From sequence record KJ019146.1: a stretch of DNA of 64,000 bases, one strand, 5' to 3'. The notes beneath the pieces were generated by a model. The model worked only from the letters and a program-made list of their open reading frames with translations. It had not been told where the DNA came from and ran no database searches. Every line of letters begins with the position of its first letter. Within the stretch, counting starts at the first letter, position 1. The position numbers and the translations under genes were made by a program. Positions 1 to 14,100 of the stretch are shown here, piece by piece.

Positions 1-2
1 AT

Positions 3-170
3 CAGATCCTAACTTCCATTAATAACTACGAACCAAGAGTTAATAACGTAAAAGTATCGGTAGATCCGAGACCTGATACTAATGAATTCGAGGTTACTGT
101 TAATTATGAAATCATAGGACAACCATTTCCTTCCCAAACATTCACATTCATCTTAGAGGCAACTAGGTAA
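3..170 (+). CDS. gp25: Baseplate wedge subunit gp25, C-terminal fragment (truncated by window start)
   Basis: Hand translation QILTSINNYEPRVNNVKVSVDPRPDTNEFEVTVNYEII...FILEATR* contains the gp25/GPW-type YEPRV motif; its TAA overlaps the gp6 ATG (TAATG). Confidence 0.85.
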   Translation, partial: QILTSINNYEPRVNNVKVSVDPRPDTNEFEVTVNYEIIGQPFPSQTFTFILEATR

Positions 171-2095
171 TGGCATTTACTAAGTTCACTAACCTAGATT
201 ACGACCAGATTAAGGCGTCTATTAAGGATTATCTAAGAGCAAACTCAGATTTCACTGGGTTTGACTTTGATGGTTCTAACTTTTCTGTGCTAATTGATAC
301 TTTAGCATACAACGCCTACATCAACTCAGTAAATGCCAACATGATTGTCAATGAATCCTTTTTGGATTCAGCAGTCGTTAGGAGAAACGTGGTTTCTCTT
401 GCTGGAAATATCGGATATCTACCAAGATCAAAGAAAGCAGCACAAGCAAAGATTACACTTACTATTGCAACCGCCTCAGATACTCCTACGCTCACCCTGA
501 AGGCGGGTTTGGTGTGTGTTGGGGCACAAGATAACACAAACTATGTGTTCTCCATTCCAGAGGATATTACGACACTAGTAAATGATGGGGTTGCTCAGTT
601 TGGAACTACTGAAGATCCCATTACTGTCTACCAAGGAACATATTTACAGAACTCTTTTACCTATGATGGGTCCTTAGATCAGAGATTCATCATTACCAAC
701 TCCAATATGGACTACAGTACCCTTGTGGTGCGTGTTAAAGATCAAAATGAACAGACTCCTGGTAAAGTCTGGAACAGAGTAGAGAATATTATCAAGATCA
801 ATAGGGATAGTGAGATATATTTCTTAGCAGAAGTTGAAAAGGAGTACTATGAACTCCTATTTGGTGATGGAATCTTTGGTAAGAAGCTAAAACAGGGACA
901 ACAACCTGTTGCAAGTTACATTTTGACTGATGGGTCATCAGGAAATGGACCTTCTAAGTTCAGTTATTCGGGTTCTGTGGTTAGTTCGACTGGTGGAGTG
1001 ATAATCCCTACCAATACCATCGTTATAACCACTGTAGAGGGTGCTAGGAATGGTTCAGATATTGAATCTGTTGACTCTGTAAGGTATTATGCACCCAAAC
1101 TCTATGGTGCTCAGTATAGAAGTGTCACTGCTCGTGATTATGAGGGTATTATTAAGGAAATTTACCCAAATACGGAGTCTGTCTCTGTTGTTGGTGGTGA
1201 AGAACTCGATCCACCCCAGTTTGGTAACGTTTTAATCAGTATCAAACCGGTAAATGGTACCGAAGTCTCTGATTTTGACAAAAAGAACATATTGGAGGGG
1301 TTGAAACAGTACACAATCGCTGGAATCAACCAACAACTAGTGGATCTTAAGATTCTATTCGTCGAATTGGACTCTTATGTCTATTATGATGTAACTAAAG
1401 TGGCATCTGCTGACTCTTTGAAGACAGAAGTCATTGGTTCACTCAATACTTACGCAAAATCAGTCGATCTTAACAAGTTTGGCGGTAGATTCAAGTATTC
1501 GAAGGCACAGAAGGTAATTGACGACACCAGTATCGCTGTTACATCCAATATTACTCGTGTTGTTATCCGTAGAAACCTATCTGCAGCGATTGGGCAGTTT
1601 GCACAGTATGAATTGTGCTTTGGTAACGGTTTTCACATCAAAGCATCAGGTGGAAACATCAAAACCACTGGTTTCCGCATTACTGGGTTGAATGATGTTG
1701 TATACTTAACAGATACACCAAATAAAGATGCAAATGGAAATGTAGATAACTCAGGGAAGGGTAAGATTTCCGTAATTACTGGAATTGCCGATGATAATGG
1801 TAGTTTCCGATATACTGTTGTTATTGATAAGGCAGGAACAGTGGATTATACAAAAGGAGAGATAATGTTGAACACTTTACAGATAAGTTCTACTGTTAAA
1901 CCCAATAGAATTGTTGAAGTACAGGCATACCCAACATCTAATGATATTATTGGTTTGAAGGACCTTTATGTGTCACTAGCTGTTCCTGATAGTGAGATAA
2001 ATATGGTTAAGGATACTATTACCAGTGGTGAGCAAATCTCTGGTGTAGGATTCAAAGTAACCTCCAGTTACGGCAACGGCAAGTTAACACGGTAA
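170..2095 (+). CDS. gp6: Baseplate wedge subunit gp6
   Basis: LDYDQIK..LRANSDFTGFDFDGSNFSVLIDTLAYN N-terminus, ESFLDSA, R.VTARDYE motif; 641 aa; follows gp25. Confidence 0.95.
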   Translation: MAFTKFTNLDYDQIKASIKDYLRANSDFTGFDFDGSNFSVLIDTLAYNAYINSVNANMIVNESFLDSAVVRRNVVSLAGNIGYLPRSKKAAQAKITLTIATASDTPTLTLKAGLVCVGAQDNTNYVFSIPEDITTLVNDGVAQFGTTEDPITVYQGTYLQNSFTYDGSLDQRFIITNSNMDYSTLVVRVKDQNEQTPGKVWNRVENIIKINRDSEIYFLAEVEKEYYELLFGDGIFGKKLKQGQQPVASYILTDGSSGNGPSKFSYSGSVVSSTGGVIIPTNTIVITTVEGARNGSDIESVDSVRYYAPKLYGAQYRSVTARDYEGIIKEIYPNTESVSVVGGEELDPPQFGNVLISIKPVNGTEVSDFDKKNILEGLKQYTIAGINQQLVDLKILFVELDSYVYYDVTKVASADSLKTEVIGSLNTYAKSVDLNKFGGRFKYSKAQKVIDDTSIAVTSNITRVVIRRNLSAAIGQFAQYELCFGNGFHIKASGGNIKTTGFRITGLNDVVYLTDTPNKDANGNVDNSGKGKISVITGIADDNGSFRYTVVIDKAGTVDYTKGEIMLNTLQISSTVKPNRIVEVQAYPTSNDIIGLKDLYVSLAVPDSEINMVKDTITSGEQISGVGFKVTSSYGNGKLTR

Positions 2096-2107
2096 TAGGT
2101 ATTAAAC

Positions 2108-5100
2108 ATGATCGGTACTGAGCTAGGTATTGACGTGAGAGTTAAGATTCAGGATGTGGTTTCCTCACAACTTCCTGATTATATTTTAAGTGAAGCTCCA
2201 CTCACCGACGATTTTCTAAAACAGTTTTACATATCTCAGGAATACCAAGGCGGTACTGTAGATTTTGCGTCAAACCTAGATCAATACCTCTCTCTGACAA
2301 CACTTGGCAGTGAGAATCTTTATACTGCCTTTGAACTTACACAAGATGTAAGTATTGATGATACTATTATTCATGTTAATACTACAAGTACCTTCCCCAA
2401 CGAATGGGGTCTTCTAAAGATTGATGATGAGATTGTCACCTATACCGGTCTCACCACAAACACCTTCACTGGAGTTGTAAGAGGTTTCAGTGGTATTTCT
2501 AGTTACAGAGATTCTGATAATCCTTCCGAACTTGTATTTGAAACCACAACCGCTGCCACTCACACTACAGAAACCAATGTTGAGAATCTATCAACACTCT
2601 TCCTAAAGAATTTCTACGACAAACTCAAGTATACCTTTGCTCCTGGTTTTGAGAACCTAGAGTTCAATAGTGAAGTTAGTGTTGGTCAGTGGATTCGTCA
2701 GGCAAGATCATTCTACCAATCTAAGGGTAGTGAAGAGTCCTTCAAGATTCTATTCAGAGTATTATATGGTGAAGATCCTCTAGTTATTGATCTAGAGCAG
2801 TTCCTTATCAAACCTTCCCAAGCAGAGTACTCTAGAAGGGACTATGCGGTTGCTATTCCAGTCAGTGGTAACCCTATAACCCTCAAGGGTAAGACAGTGT
2901 ATCAGAGTGATGCAGAGGACGTGTTTGGTGCCATCTCAGAGATTGAGACATTTACTAGAGATAACAAATTATATTACAGAATCTACTTCTTTGTTAGTAA
3001 TGATGAAATTGCTAATGAGAGAAAACTATTCACTATCCCTGGTAGATCAAGAACACAGAGAGGATGGAATCAGGGTGACACTACAATCACTGTAGATACT
3101 ACTCTTGGGTTTAGGGATAACAACGAGTTTATCACTGAAGATGGAACTAAGTTTACATACTTGGAGAGAACTGTTAACCAGTTTCTAGGTGTTGAATGTA
3201 GTGATACAGAGAAAACACTAGGTACTAATGAAGATATCATTGATGATATTACTATCTTTGGTATTAATGATGATGGTGAGACCGTATCACTGCGTATGAC
3301 TGGTGTTATCTCTGATATTGAGTTCCCTGATGAAGTCCCATTCACTACACCTGGAGAGAAGATATCTGTAGATACCTTAGGTGAGAATATCATCTCTGCT
3401 GATGTAACTAGAAGTGAGCCTACACAGAGACAGATCATTGCTAATAGTTTCATCTATAACACTTCAGTAAGAATGGAAGTAGATGAACTCAATGGTTCTG
3501 ATTTCCAAATCAATACTGCCTACTTAGATAAAGCTTTCATTTCTCCTGGTGACTCTGTTGATATTCTCCAAAGAGGCTCGCAGCTTGTCTATGTCGCTAA
3601 TCGCAAAGTAACCTCAGTTGACTATCTCAATAGTATTATAACAATCAATGACTCATTTGGCATCCCTTTAGATCAATCACTTGATATCAGAAGGAATCAG
3701 AACTATGCAAAGAGTAGCACTACAGATATTGAGTATGGTCAGAACTCTGTTCTATCCAATGTTCTGAACCTTTATGATGCAACAGAGTTTGATGGTAACT
3801 TCTATGTTGCAACTAACTCCCTACCTTCCTATGATATGGAAGTTAAAGTTGTTGAGAGTATCCTCACTGGAATCACTACTTCTAACTTTGAAGGATATAA
3901 CTCATTCACTGATCAGTATTCAACAATTATCTTTGATTCTGCCACTTCATTCATAACTGGTGATCTAATTTCATATAGAGTTATCTCAGTAGAAAGAACA
4001 GGTATTCCCCTTATCACTGAAGGTGAATACTTTGTAGAGGTTCTCAGCAACCCCAGAAAGATTAAACTATATGTATCACCTTCCTTCATTGGAAGTGATA
4101 ACTTTGTTGGATTCGTATATAACGATGCAGTAGGTGCTCATGCCTTCACTCTAGAGGAACAGAAAGATAGAAGAATCAATACTAAGAATGTATTCAAGAA
4201 GATTCCCTTCACAGCAACCAAACAGAATATCACTATCCCTAGAACACCCGATGTAACCCCCTCAGGTTCCCCTGTGGCAGTTCTTACTAATGGTGTAGAG
4301 GTATTGTCATATAAGTCACCAGATAAGGTGTTCTTGGGTCCTTTAGAAGAAGTTGTTCCTGTTGCTTCTGGTGAGGGTTATAGTGTTATTGGACCACCCA
4401 ATATCCTAATCACACCACCTAATATTCAAGTTACAGATCCAACTGGTATTCCTACTGATGGTGGTGTTGCTAGAGTATCACCAGTTATCTCTGGTAGGTT
4501 GAAGAAGATCTATATCGATCCACAAGACTTTGATATTGAGGAAGTATTCTCAATCACTGTTGTTGGTGGTAACAGTCGTGGTGCCACAGCAAAACCACAG
4601 ATTTCTAAGAGAACTCGTTCTATCCCCTTTGATACGAGACTTGATATCTACGGTGGTGGTATTAATCCAAATGAAGAGACCATCTTATTCTTAACTGAAC
4701 ACAAACTCGCCAAGGGTGATGCAATTATCTACGAAAACAACGATACACAAAGTATTGGTGTTAATGTTGCTGGTGGTAGTAACATCTATAACGGCCAGAC
4801 ACTATCTAACGGTGCTGTGTATTTTGCAGAACCCCTTAATAATGTAACCATTAAGATCTATGAGACTCTAGAAGATTTGAACTTGGGTATCAATACCGTT
4901 GGGTTCACTTCAAGTCAAACTGGGTTTGGTATTCAGGACTTTACTACTATTCCTAGAAACCAACTCACTGGTGCTTCCATCACAGATGATGGTGGTGAGT
5001 TTGTATATCGTAAGATGGAGTTCCAACCAGAGAACATCTATCCTGAGTATGATGAGTTGAGATACGACGGTCATGGTTTTGCTAGTGGTGATCTAGTTGA

Positions 5101-8100
5101 GTATGGAACTTTCGGTTCTGTTGTTGGTGGTCTATCTACTGAGAAGCAATACTATGTTGATGCTTTAGATGAAAATATCATCAAACTATCTGATGCCGGT
5201 ATTGGTGGAACAAGTAGGTTTGACTATGATAGGAAGGACTATGTTGATTTCACCAACATTGGTGTTGGAACACAGTTTATCAAGTATCCTGATGTCACTG
5301 TCAATGTTGTAGTATCCTATGCCTCGTCTATCACTGGTATTATTACAGCAACACCTATTATCCGCGGTGGTATTATTCAAACTTATGTTGAGACTGGAGG
5401 ATACTATGGTTCTGATATTCTCAACTTCGCCAAGACACCAGAAGTAACAGTTCAGACTGGTGAAGGTGCTAGAATCAAACCAGTTATTGTTAATGGTAAG
5501 GTTACCACAGTTCAGATTCTAAGTAAGGGTATCAACTACCCACCCACACCAGATCTTCGTGTTATTGATAAGTCTCGTAAAGGTGCTGGTGCTCTTCTTC
5601 GCCCAGTAGTTATTGATGGTGCTATCCAGAGTGTTGTTGTTATTAGCACTGGTGAAAACTATGATCCATTGAATACTGATATTACAGTAATTGATACTGC
5701 TAGACGATGTATTCTTGTTCCTAGAATTACACCTCTCACAGTTAATACCTTTGCTAGATTTGGATTCGAAGGTCTATCTAATAATGACTACTCGGTTGTT
5801 GCCTATGACAGAAAGATTCGTGAGGATGTATATGGTGACCTAGGTGCTTCCCACTCACCCATCATTGGTTGGGCAAACGATGGTAACCCCATCTATGGTG
5901 GTTTTGGTTTCGATGATCCAGAGAACTCCAGTTCTGGTTTCCGGGCGATGAGAACTTCCTATGAACTCTTCCCTGGTGAGATCTATGGTCGTCCCCCACT
6001 AACACTATATCCTGCTGGTTCTTTTGTTGAGGACTACAAGTTTACAGATAATGGTGATCTAGACATCTATAATGGTAGGTATGGTAGAACTCCTGAGTAC
6101 CCTAATGGTGTGTATGCATACTTCGCTGGCATCTCCACTGATACTCAGTCACTAGCAAGAGAACCACAATTCCCTTACTTCATTGGTCCTGAGTTTAGGG
6201 ATGGATTGGGTATTCAAGATAATACTGTATCCCAAGATTTTGATATTAATAATAAGGATATTTTCCGTAATACTTTCCCATATGCCGTAGGTAACCCTAT
6301 TATCGGCAGTGAGTTCCTAGATCAATCATACTTAGAGGATACTCAGGATTCTATTATACAATCTATCAATAATGGTACTGTTGATAACTTAACCATCGTT
6401 GGTGCTGGTGTTAGTTACTCTGTTGGTGATATTGTTAATTTTGATGATACTTTCGACTACATTAGTGTAGTTGTAGATCAGGTAGATGGTCCCGAGGTAA
6501 CACAGATTCAAACTCTCATCAAGAGTTATGGTAAAGCAGAAACCAAAGTCATTAAAGTTGATAACACAACTGTTCGTGTTTATGTTGATCCCTTCCACGA
6601 GTATCTTGATGGAGATAAAGTTGTAATTAGTGGTCTATCAACAAACACAGATCAACTCAACGGGACTCATGAGATTAACTTCATGAGGGAGCAAATGACA
6701 ATGTTTGCTCCTATTCCTCCTACTTTGTTTGAGACAGTATCTGATATCTTTGTCAATACTATTTCAGATAAGGTTTCTGTTGGTTCTAGTATTGCTGTTG
6801 GTCTTGGCACTCTATCGGAGGATATGGAAGTTATTAACATCTTCCCTATTAATAAGGCACTTCGGGTTAAGAGACCAGTAGGTTATGGTTTCACACACCC
6901 AATTGGTGATGCTGTTAACATTGCTCCTAATTACTTTGATATTAAGAAGAATGTAGATTCATTCCCGTCTGAGATTGATGTTGAGTACTACTTCAACCCA
7001 CACCAAACAGTGGCAGTTGGATTGGAGACTGGTGTAAGTGTTGGTTTGGTGTATTCAATTGGTACTATCGATAAGAATATCTCAGTACAGACTCAAAGAA
7101 TATATGCACCATCCCATGGTTTCAGAACTGGTGAGGAGATTACTTTTGAGAAGAATGATACTGATACTGCATTAGTTGTAACAGACGGTAGTACTGTATA
7201 TACACTACCTGGTGTAGGTAATACAAGTAACGCATATGTTGTATCACTATCCAAGAACTATATTGGTATTAGAACAGTAACAGATGGTCCTGATCTATTC
7301 TTCTCTACTGATGGTTCCGATTCTCCTCTATATTCTATTAAGACTAATCGTTTCGCTGAGACTGCATTAGTAGATAGAATTCAGGCAGAAGTTAAAACGA
7401 AAACGGATCATAGGTTGGGGAATGACGATCAGATATTTACTGATGTTATTTCTTCTGGAAAATCAGGTGTAGGTACTAACCCCAACATCAAACTTGAGTT
7501 CGATGATTCATCACAATCACTTATTGTAGATCCATACTTCACACAACCTAGTGATATTGATACGGTTAATAACCTAATTAATATCAATAACCACGGTTAT
7601 ACTAATGGGGATATTGTTCTATATCAAAACTATGGAAGTTCTATTGGTGGTTTAACAACTCATCACAAATATTACACTATTCCCTTTGATAGGGATAAGT
7701 TCTATGTTGCTGAAACATTTGTTGATGTAAGACCCGGAACTAAACTACCTGTGAATCTAACTTCTGTTGGTATTGGTTCCCATAAGTTCTCCAAGGTCAA
7801 TCCACCACTACTCATCACTAATAATAATGATATTGAGTTTGATGTGTCATCACCAACTCTATTTGGTAAAACACTAGAATTCTTCTTTGATCGGACTCTA
7901 ACTGAAATATTTGATAATAACAGTATAGACAATGTATTTGTTGTTTCTGGTGTATCTACTGAGGGATACGAGGATGCTAGGAAGTCTATTAGATACTCTG
8001 ATAACAATCCAGATGTATTCTTCTATGGTATTACTGAAGGTGGTTATATTTCCACTGCAGATACTGAAGTATCTAGAAACAACTCTATTAGATATGAGGC

Positions 8101-11100
8101 AAGTGAGTACGCAATTGAAGGTAGAGTAACCGTTATAGACGATAGCACCTTTACCTATACACTCAATACTATTCCCGAGAAGCCACTATACACTAATCCT
8201 GATACACAACTCTCATACAAGACTTCCTCTAGTACTGCTCTAGGTGGTGTTGGTAGATTGAATATCATCTTCAGTGGTAATAACTTCCCAGCTCTACCTG
8301 AGTTTGAGGGTATTCAAACTGAGTATGGGCAGAACGCAACTATCAGAGCAGAGTCTGATGATATTGGAACACTTGCTTCCTTCAGAATCCAGAACGCTGG
8401 TTGGGATTACTCCGCTGATAATACACTTCGCCCCTTTGGTGTTATTCAACCAACCATTAGATTTGATAATAGTGACTTTGTTACTGAGGTTACTGTTCTT
8501 GATGGTGGTAATGGATATCAGAACCCCCCTAATGCTGTTCTAGTAGACTCTGTAACAAGAGAAGTAGTAGATAATGGATCTATCATCCTAGAGGTACAAT
8601 CATCCACCATCACAGATGTTATTGTTGAGGTTGCTCCTTCTGGTTTATCCAAGGATCTCCAAGAACTATGGACTGTCAATAATAGTAATGGTATTCCTAT
8701 CCTACTAATTGGTAACATTGATAATGTTGCTGGTGTAGTTACATATACAGTACAGACTCCTATTGAGGGTTATGCAACACCACCATTCTCAGTTGGTGAT
8801 AGAGTATTTGTTGAGAATATTCTAGTAGATCAAGATGCTCCCCCCTCTAAACTCAATTCTGGTGATTATGGGTATCAGTTCTTGGAAGTTGTTGCCGTAA
8901 CACCAACAAACCCAATCACTATTGGTATTCAGTATCCTGAAGAAGCTATTGGTAACCTAGGTTATGGTGTTACTTTCCAACAGGCTTTCTCTGGTATTGT
9001 TAACGAGGATATCTATCCTAAGTTTGCAGTACAACAGACAACTGCAGTCTTCCTAGAGGGTGAGAGACTTTCTATCTTTGATTCCTTTGGTAATCTTGAT
9101 GAGACTGACCTAGTTGTGGAAGAGTCCAACACTAGTTTCTTTAAAGTTACTGGAAACTATGATTTATTGGTTGGTGATGTACTCAAGGGTAACAATAGTG
9201 GTGTTATTTTAACTGTTACTGAAATTGACAGTAGTAGTTGTAGATATCTAGTTGATTCTATCTCCAGAATCAACACTGGTTGGAACGATAAGACAGGTTT
9301 CCTTAATGAGGAGACACAGAACCTACCAGATAACGATTACTATCAGAATCTATCTTACTCAATTAAGAGTACAATTAACTTCGAGGAACTTATCAACCCA
9401 GTCAATAGATTAGTACACCCTTCCGGTCTAAAGAACTTCTCTGATACCAAGATTGAGTCTATCGGTGATATTGGTGTTGGTAGTAGTGAGAGCTCTGAGT
9501 CAACAGTTACTATTGACTTTATTGGTCTAACTGATATAGCAGAAACTCCACTGAGAGTTGATCGCATCAATGTATTCGACTTGGGTTGGGATGCCAATGT
9601 CAATAACAACAGATCTAACGCCATTAGACTTCAGAGTAGAACTCCTAACAAGAGACTAACTGACTATATCGAAGTTCGTACTAACAGAGTATTGATGCAT
9701 GACGACATCAGTAACGAGTTTATTGACTCAGATAACGCCTCCTCCAAGTCCCCCTATAGTGAGTTTAATATTATCACTGGTGAATATACCAGAGGTTTGG
9801 TTCAGGCAAGAAACCCCTTCACCGATCAAGTTCAATTCACTGAGATTATTGTTTTAACAACTAACAATAGCGCTTTCACCCTAGAGAAGGCAAGCATCTC
9901 TGATAATGATCTTGGTTATGGTATTTTTGAAGGTAGAGCTTTACCAAGCACTGAATATCAGATGAGGTTCACTCCCTTCAACACAGATGATTTTGATATT
10001 GACCTAAAACTACTATCCCATAAGTTTATCTTTAGTGGTGAGTCAGCTGAAGAGATTGGATATGTAAACCTAGCCGGTAATACACTATCTACACCAGACG
10101 CTGCTAGTACTCAAATATATGGAGCTAGTAATAGTAATAATAGAGCAGTTGTTGTTCACGCAAATATTACCACAATTGATGGTCTTCTTTATTACTATGA
10201 GATATATGCTTTTACTGATGGTACTGATGTATACTATGCACCTTATGGTTATAGTAGTGATGGACTAAAGGGTTTCAATAGTGAGTTGGATGGTGATTTT
10301 AACGCCACACTACAAGGTGGTAAGTTGGCAATCTACTTCACTAATAATACTGGTGGTCCAGTTAGTATCACCACCAAGTCTATTGAGTTCAAGCAGTCTT
10401 TCAGTGGAACATCACCTTATAGATTTAAGAAAAATAATGTTCCTGATACTGAAGAAAGAAGTATTATTCTAGACTCAGTATCCACTGCGGGTGTTAGTAC
10501 ACAAACCACTGAGGTATTCAGATACGACACCACTCTATTCCAGAGTGTTAGATCTATCGTTCATATCTCTGGTACGGATGTTGGTGCCATTCATCAGGTA
10601 ATGACTATCAATAGTGATGGTTCTACTTATTGTGAAGTGTATCCTTTCATTACTGAGGGTGATGAGGTAGATTCTACTTCTGGTATTGGTACCTTTGGTT
10701 CATCAATTGATGGAACTGATATGGTTCTAACTTTCTATCCAGATGCAGCTATTGGAAGTCAGGCACTAACTCTCACCTCCTATAACGAAACATTCTATAG
10801 AGAATTGGATGAAGTTAACTACACATTCGGTAGACCATTAGTTTATTCTGAGAGTGAGGAGAACTACTACCTAGAGAGGTATATTGCTCCTCTAGGTTTG
10901 AGAAACAACCTACTTAGATTCCCTCTGACATACGAAGGTATTCCCATCTATGAGAAGGCATTTGATCCAGCAACTACAATTAGCATAAACAACGGTAATT
11001 TGACATTGTTCAACATTACTGAGCACTTCTTTAGTCCAGCTGAAGAACTATATTACCTACCAGATACAACTTTAGCTAACAACCTCAAATCTCCTATCGA

Positions 11101-14100
11101 GATTCAACCAGTTGTTGATTATAGAGGTATAACAACTTCTACAATGCCTGACAGAGTGTATGCCATCAAGAGGGATCTAAATGTATTCCAACTAGCACCA
11201 ACTGCATCTGATGCACTTGCTGGTCAAGCAATTGTTATCACTGGGTTTGGTACTGGTATTTCCCATAGATTGGGTATGATGAAGAAGCTAGAGAAGACTA
11301 TCATTACCATTGATGGTGTTATCCAGTCTCCTATTACTAGCGCACTCAAAACATTCAATCTAGATGCACCACTAGGTTTTGATGACGAATATGCAGTTCT
11401 AACTGGTATTGGTACTATTCGTGTTGGTGATCTATTTCTAATTGATGAGGAGTACTTAAAGATTGATAATGTTGGATTATCTACATCACAGACTGGTCCT
11501 ATTAGTAATACTGGTACTATTCCTCTAATTGAAATTAGTAGAGGTGTTGTTGGTTCTTCCGCAACTAGTCATACTAGTGGTTCTGATCTCGATCTATACA
11601 GAGGTAGCTTCAATATTGTTGAGAGTGACGTTGTATTCACCGAAGCACCTGCTGGTAGGGGTGAGATTAATATCAATGAGTCCAACCTAGTACAGGTTAA
11701 CTCATCATTCCAAGGTAGAACATTCCTACAGAGAGAGTATGATCAGATTGCACTATTTGATGATATCAGTGATTTGTTCAATGGTTCAGATTATGAGTTC
11801 AACATTACTTCCGCTGGTAGTACTATTGGTGAGATTGAGAATGGTTCTGGTGTTCTAACCATCAACGATATCTACCAAACTCCAACTACCGATAACAACG
11901 CAGGTAACAACTATTTCTATAGTTATGGAGCACAAACTGGTATCAATACTCTAACCTTTACTGGTATTACTTCCACTAATGGTCAGAGAGTTGAGTCTAG
12001 ATTTGATATCAATCAGAACCAGATTCCTCGCGGTGGTGTTATCGTATCACTAGGTTCTACACCTGGTTTGGGATACGCCCCACTCTATGGGGCAAAGATA
12101 ACTCCAGTAGTTACTGGTGGTGTTATTACTGATATTGTATCAACCAATAGAGTTGGTTTTACAACTGATGTTCTTTGGGCAGACTATGATAACGAAACTG
12201 GTGACTTGGTTGTTTCTGGTATTGGATCGGCACTAACCACACAGTTCAACATCACAGATGCCGACTATCGTAACACCTCCGGCGTCCTAATTATCACGAG
12301 CGCAACTTCTCTAATATCTGCTGGTATCAACCCAGGTGATATTGTGTATCTGAGAGGTATGGACTTCTCCTGTACTTCAGGTGGAGCACCTGCCACACTT
12401 ACATACCCAGACCAAGACCCAGTATACGCTGTGGATAGGATTGTAGATGAGTTTAGGTTCTCAGTGAACGCTGGAATATCTACTATTCCACATACTTATG
12501 TTTCTGGTGGCACCTGGCAAAAGTATTCACCATTCCAGTTTGGAAGGGAACAGATTAACCCCAAACAGGTTTATCTAAATGGTTTGGAGTTTGATTGTAC
12601 CAATAGTCCATTCATCACTACCAATATCTTCCCTGATAGTTTCGAGTCAGCATCTTTTGTTACTCGTGATGATGATGCACACTTCAGACTAAACGTTGGT
12701 ATCGCAAGTTTCACACACGACTATGTTGGTAGTGGAATCTTTGGTCAGTATATTGAAAACAACCCAGGTTCTGGTTATATCGATAGAGTTTCTATCGCAG
12801 TTACTGATCCCAACCACTCTGGAACACCTGCAGAGATTGTGGGTATCCCAACTGCTGGTGGTGAGTTATCATTCACAATTATTGGTGGTGGTTCTGGATA
12901 TAACCAACCAACCACAGATACCTTTGCTCCTGATCCAGCATACTTTAACCTTCCAGTTATTGGTGTATCTAGGAGAAATATTGGATTCACAACTATCACT
13001 GGTAAGAATCTCTTTGTAACTGTTGAGGTATCAGCAGCAACCACCACGGCAATCGGTCGTAGTGAGTTCTTTGAAGTTAGTGGTTACCAAATCACTAACC
13101 AGGGTTATGGTTTTGAAGAAGGTGATGTTATTGAGGTTGTTGGTATTCCTACTGATAAGAATCTATCCCAACCAATTGAACCCTTCCAACTCACAGTTCT
13201 AGACACCTTCACCGATAACTTCTCCGCCTGGAACTTCGGTGAAACTGATTATATTGATAGTATCAAGACTCTACAGGATGGTTCAAGACTTAACTTCCCA
13301 CTTTCATACAAAGGTGAGGAACTATCCTTCGAATCAAATCCCTCCAATGAAGACTCTGCGGCAATTGATTTAGACGCTATCCTCCTCATCTATGTGAATA
13401 CAGTACTACAAGTACCTGGTGTAAGTTATGAGTTTACTGGTGGTAACACCTTTACATTCTCACAACCACCATTCCCACAGGATGATGTTGATATTTACTT
13501 CTATAGAGGTAAGAGGAATATTGATAGTACAGTTATTACTGAAATTGATGAATCTATTAGACCTGGTGATCAGTTACAACTTGTTAAAAACAATAAGTAC
13601 AATGACAATGTATTCATTGACCTAACCAGAACACAGGACCTTAGAACAGTCACAGAGATTGCTTCTTCTGACACAGTTAGAACTAATATCTACTTTGGTA
13701 ACAAAGACTTAGATACTCTAAGAGAAAGGCAAGTCGGTTGGGAAAAACAGAAGAGAGATATCTTCATCTATGGTGAACCAGCACCTAAGACTAGAGATAG
13801 TCTAGAACCTGTTATTGTACCAACAGCGGCAATCATCAGAGATACCTCCAAATCACAAACAGAACTCTTTGTTAGTAACTCTGAGATATTTGTTTATGAA
13901 GAAGATGTTCCTGGTTCTAGTATTGTTCTAACCAATATCAGTGGTGAGATCTATAGACCAGTTGAGTATAAGTACAATCCACCAGTACTATTCGAACCCG
14001 CGTCAATACGCGCGAATGTAGATGGTAATGGTAAAGTAACTTCACTCACAATCCTAGACGCAGGACAAGGTTACCCAACAGGTACTGAAATCACTATTGG

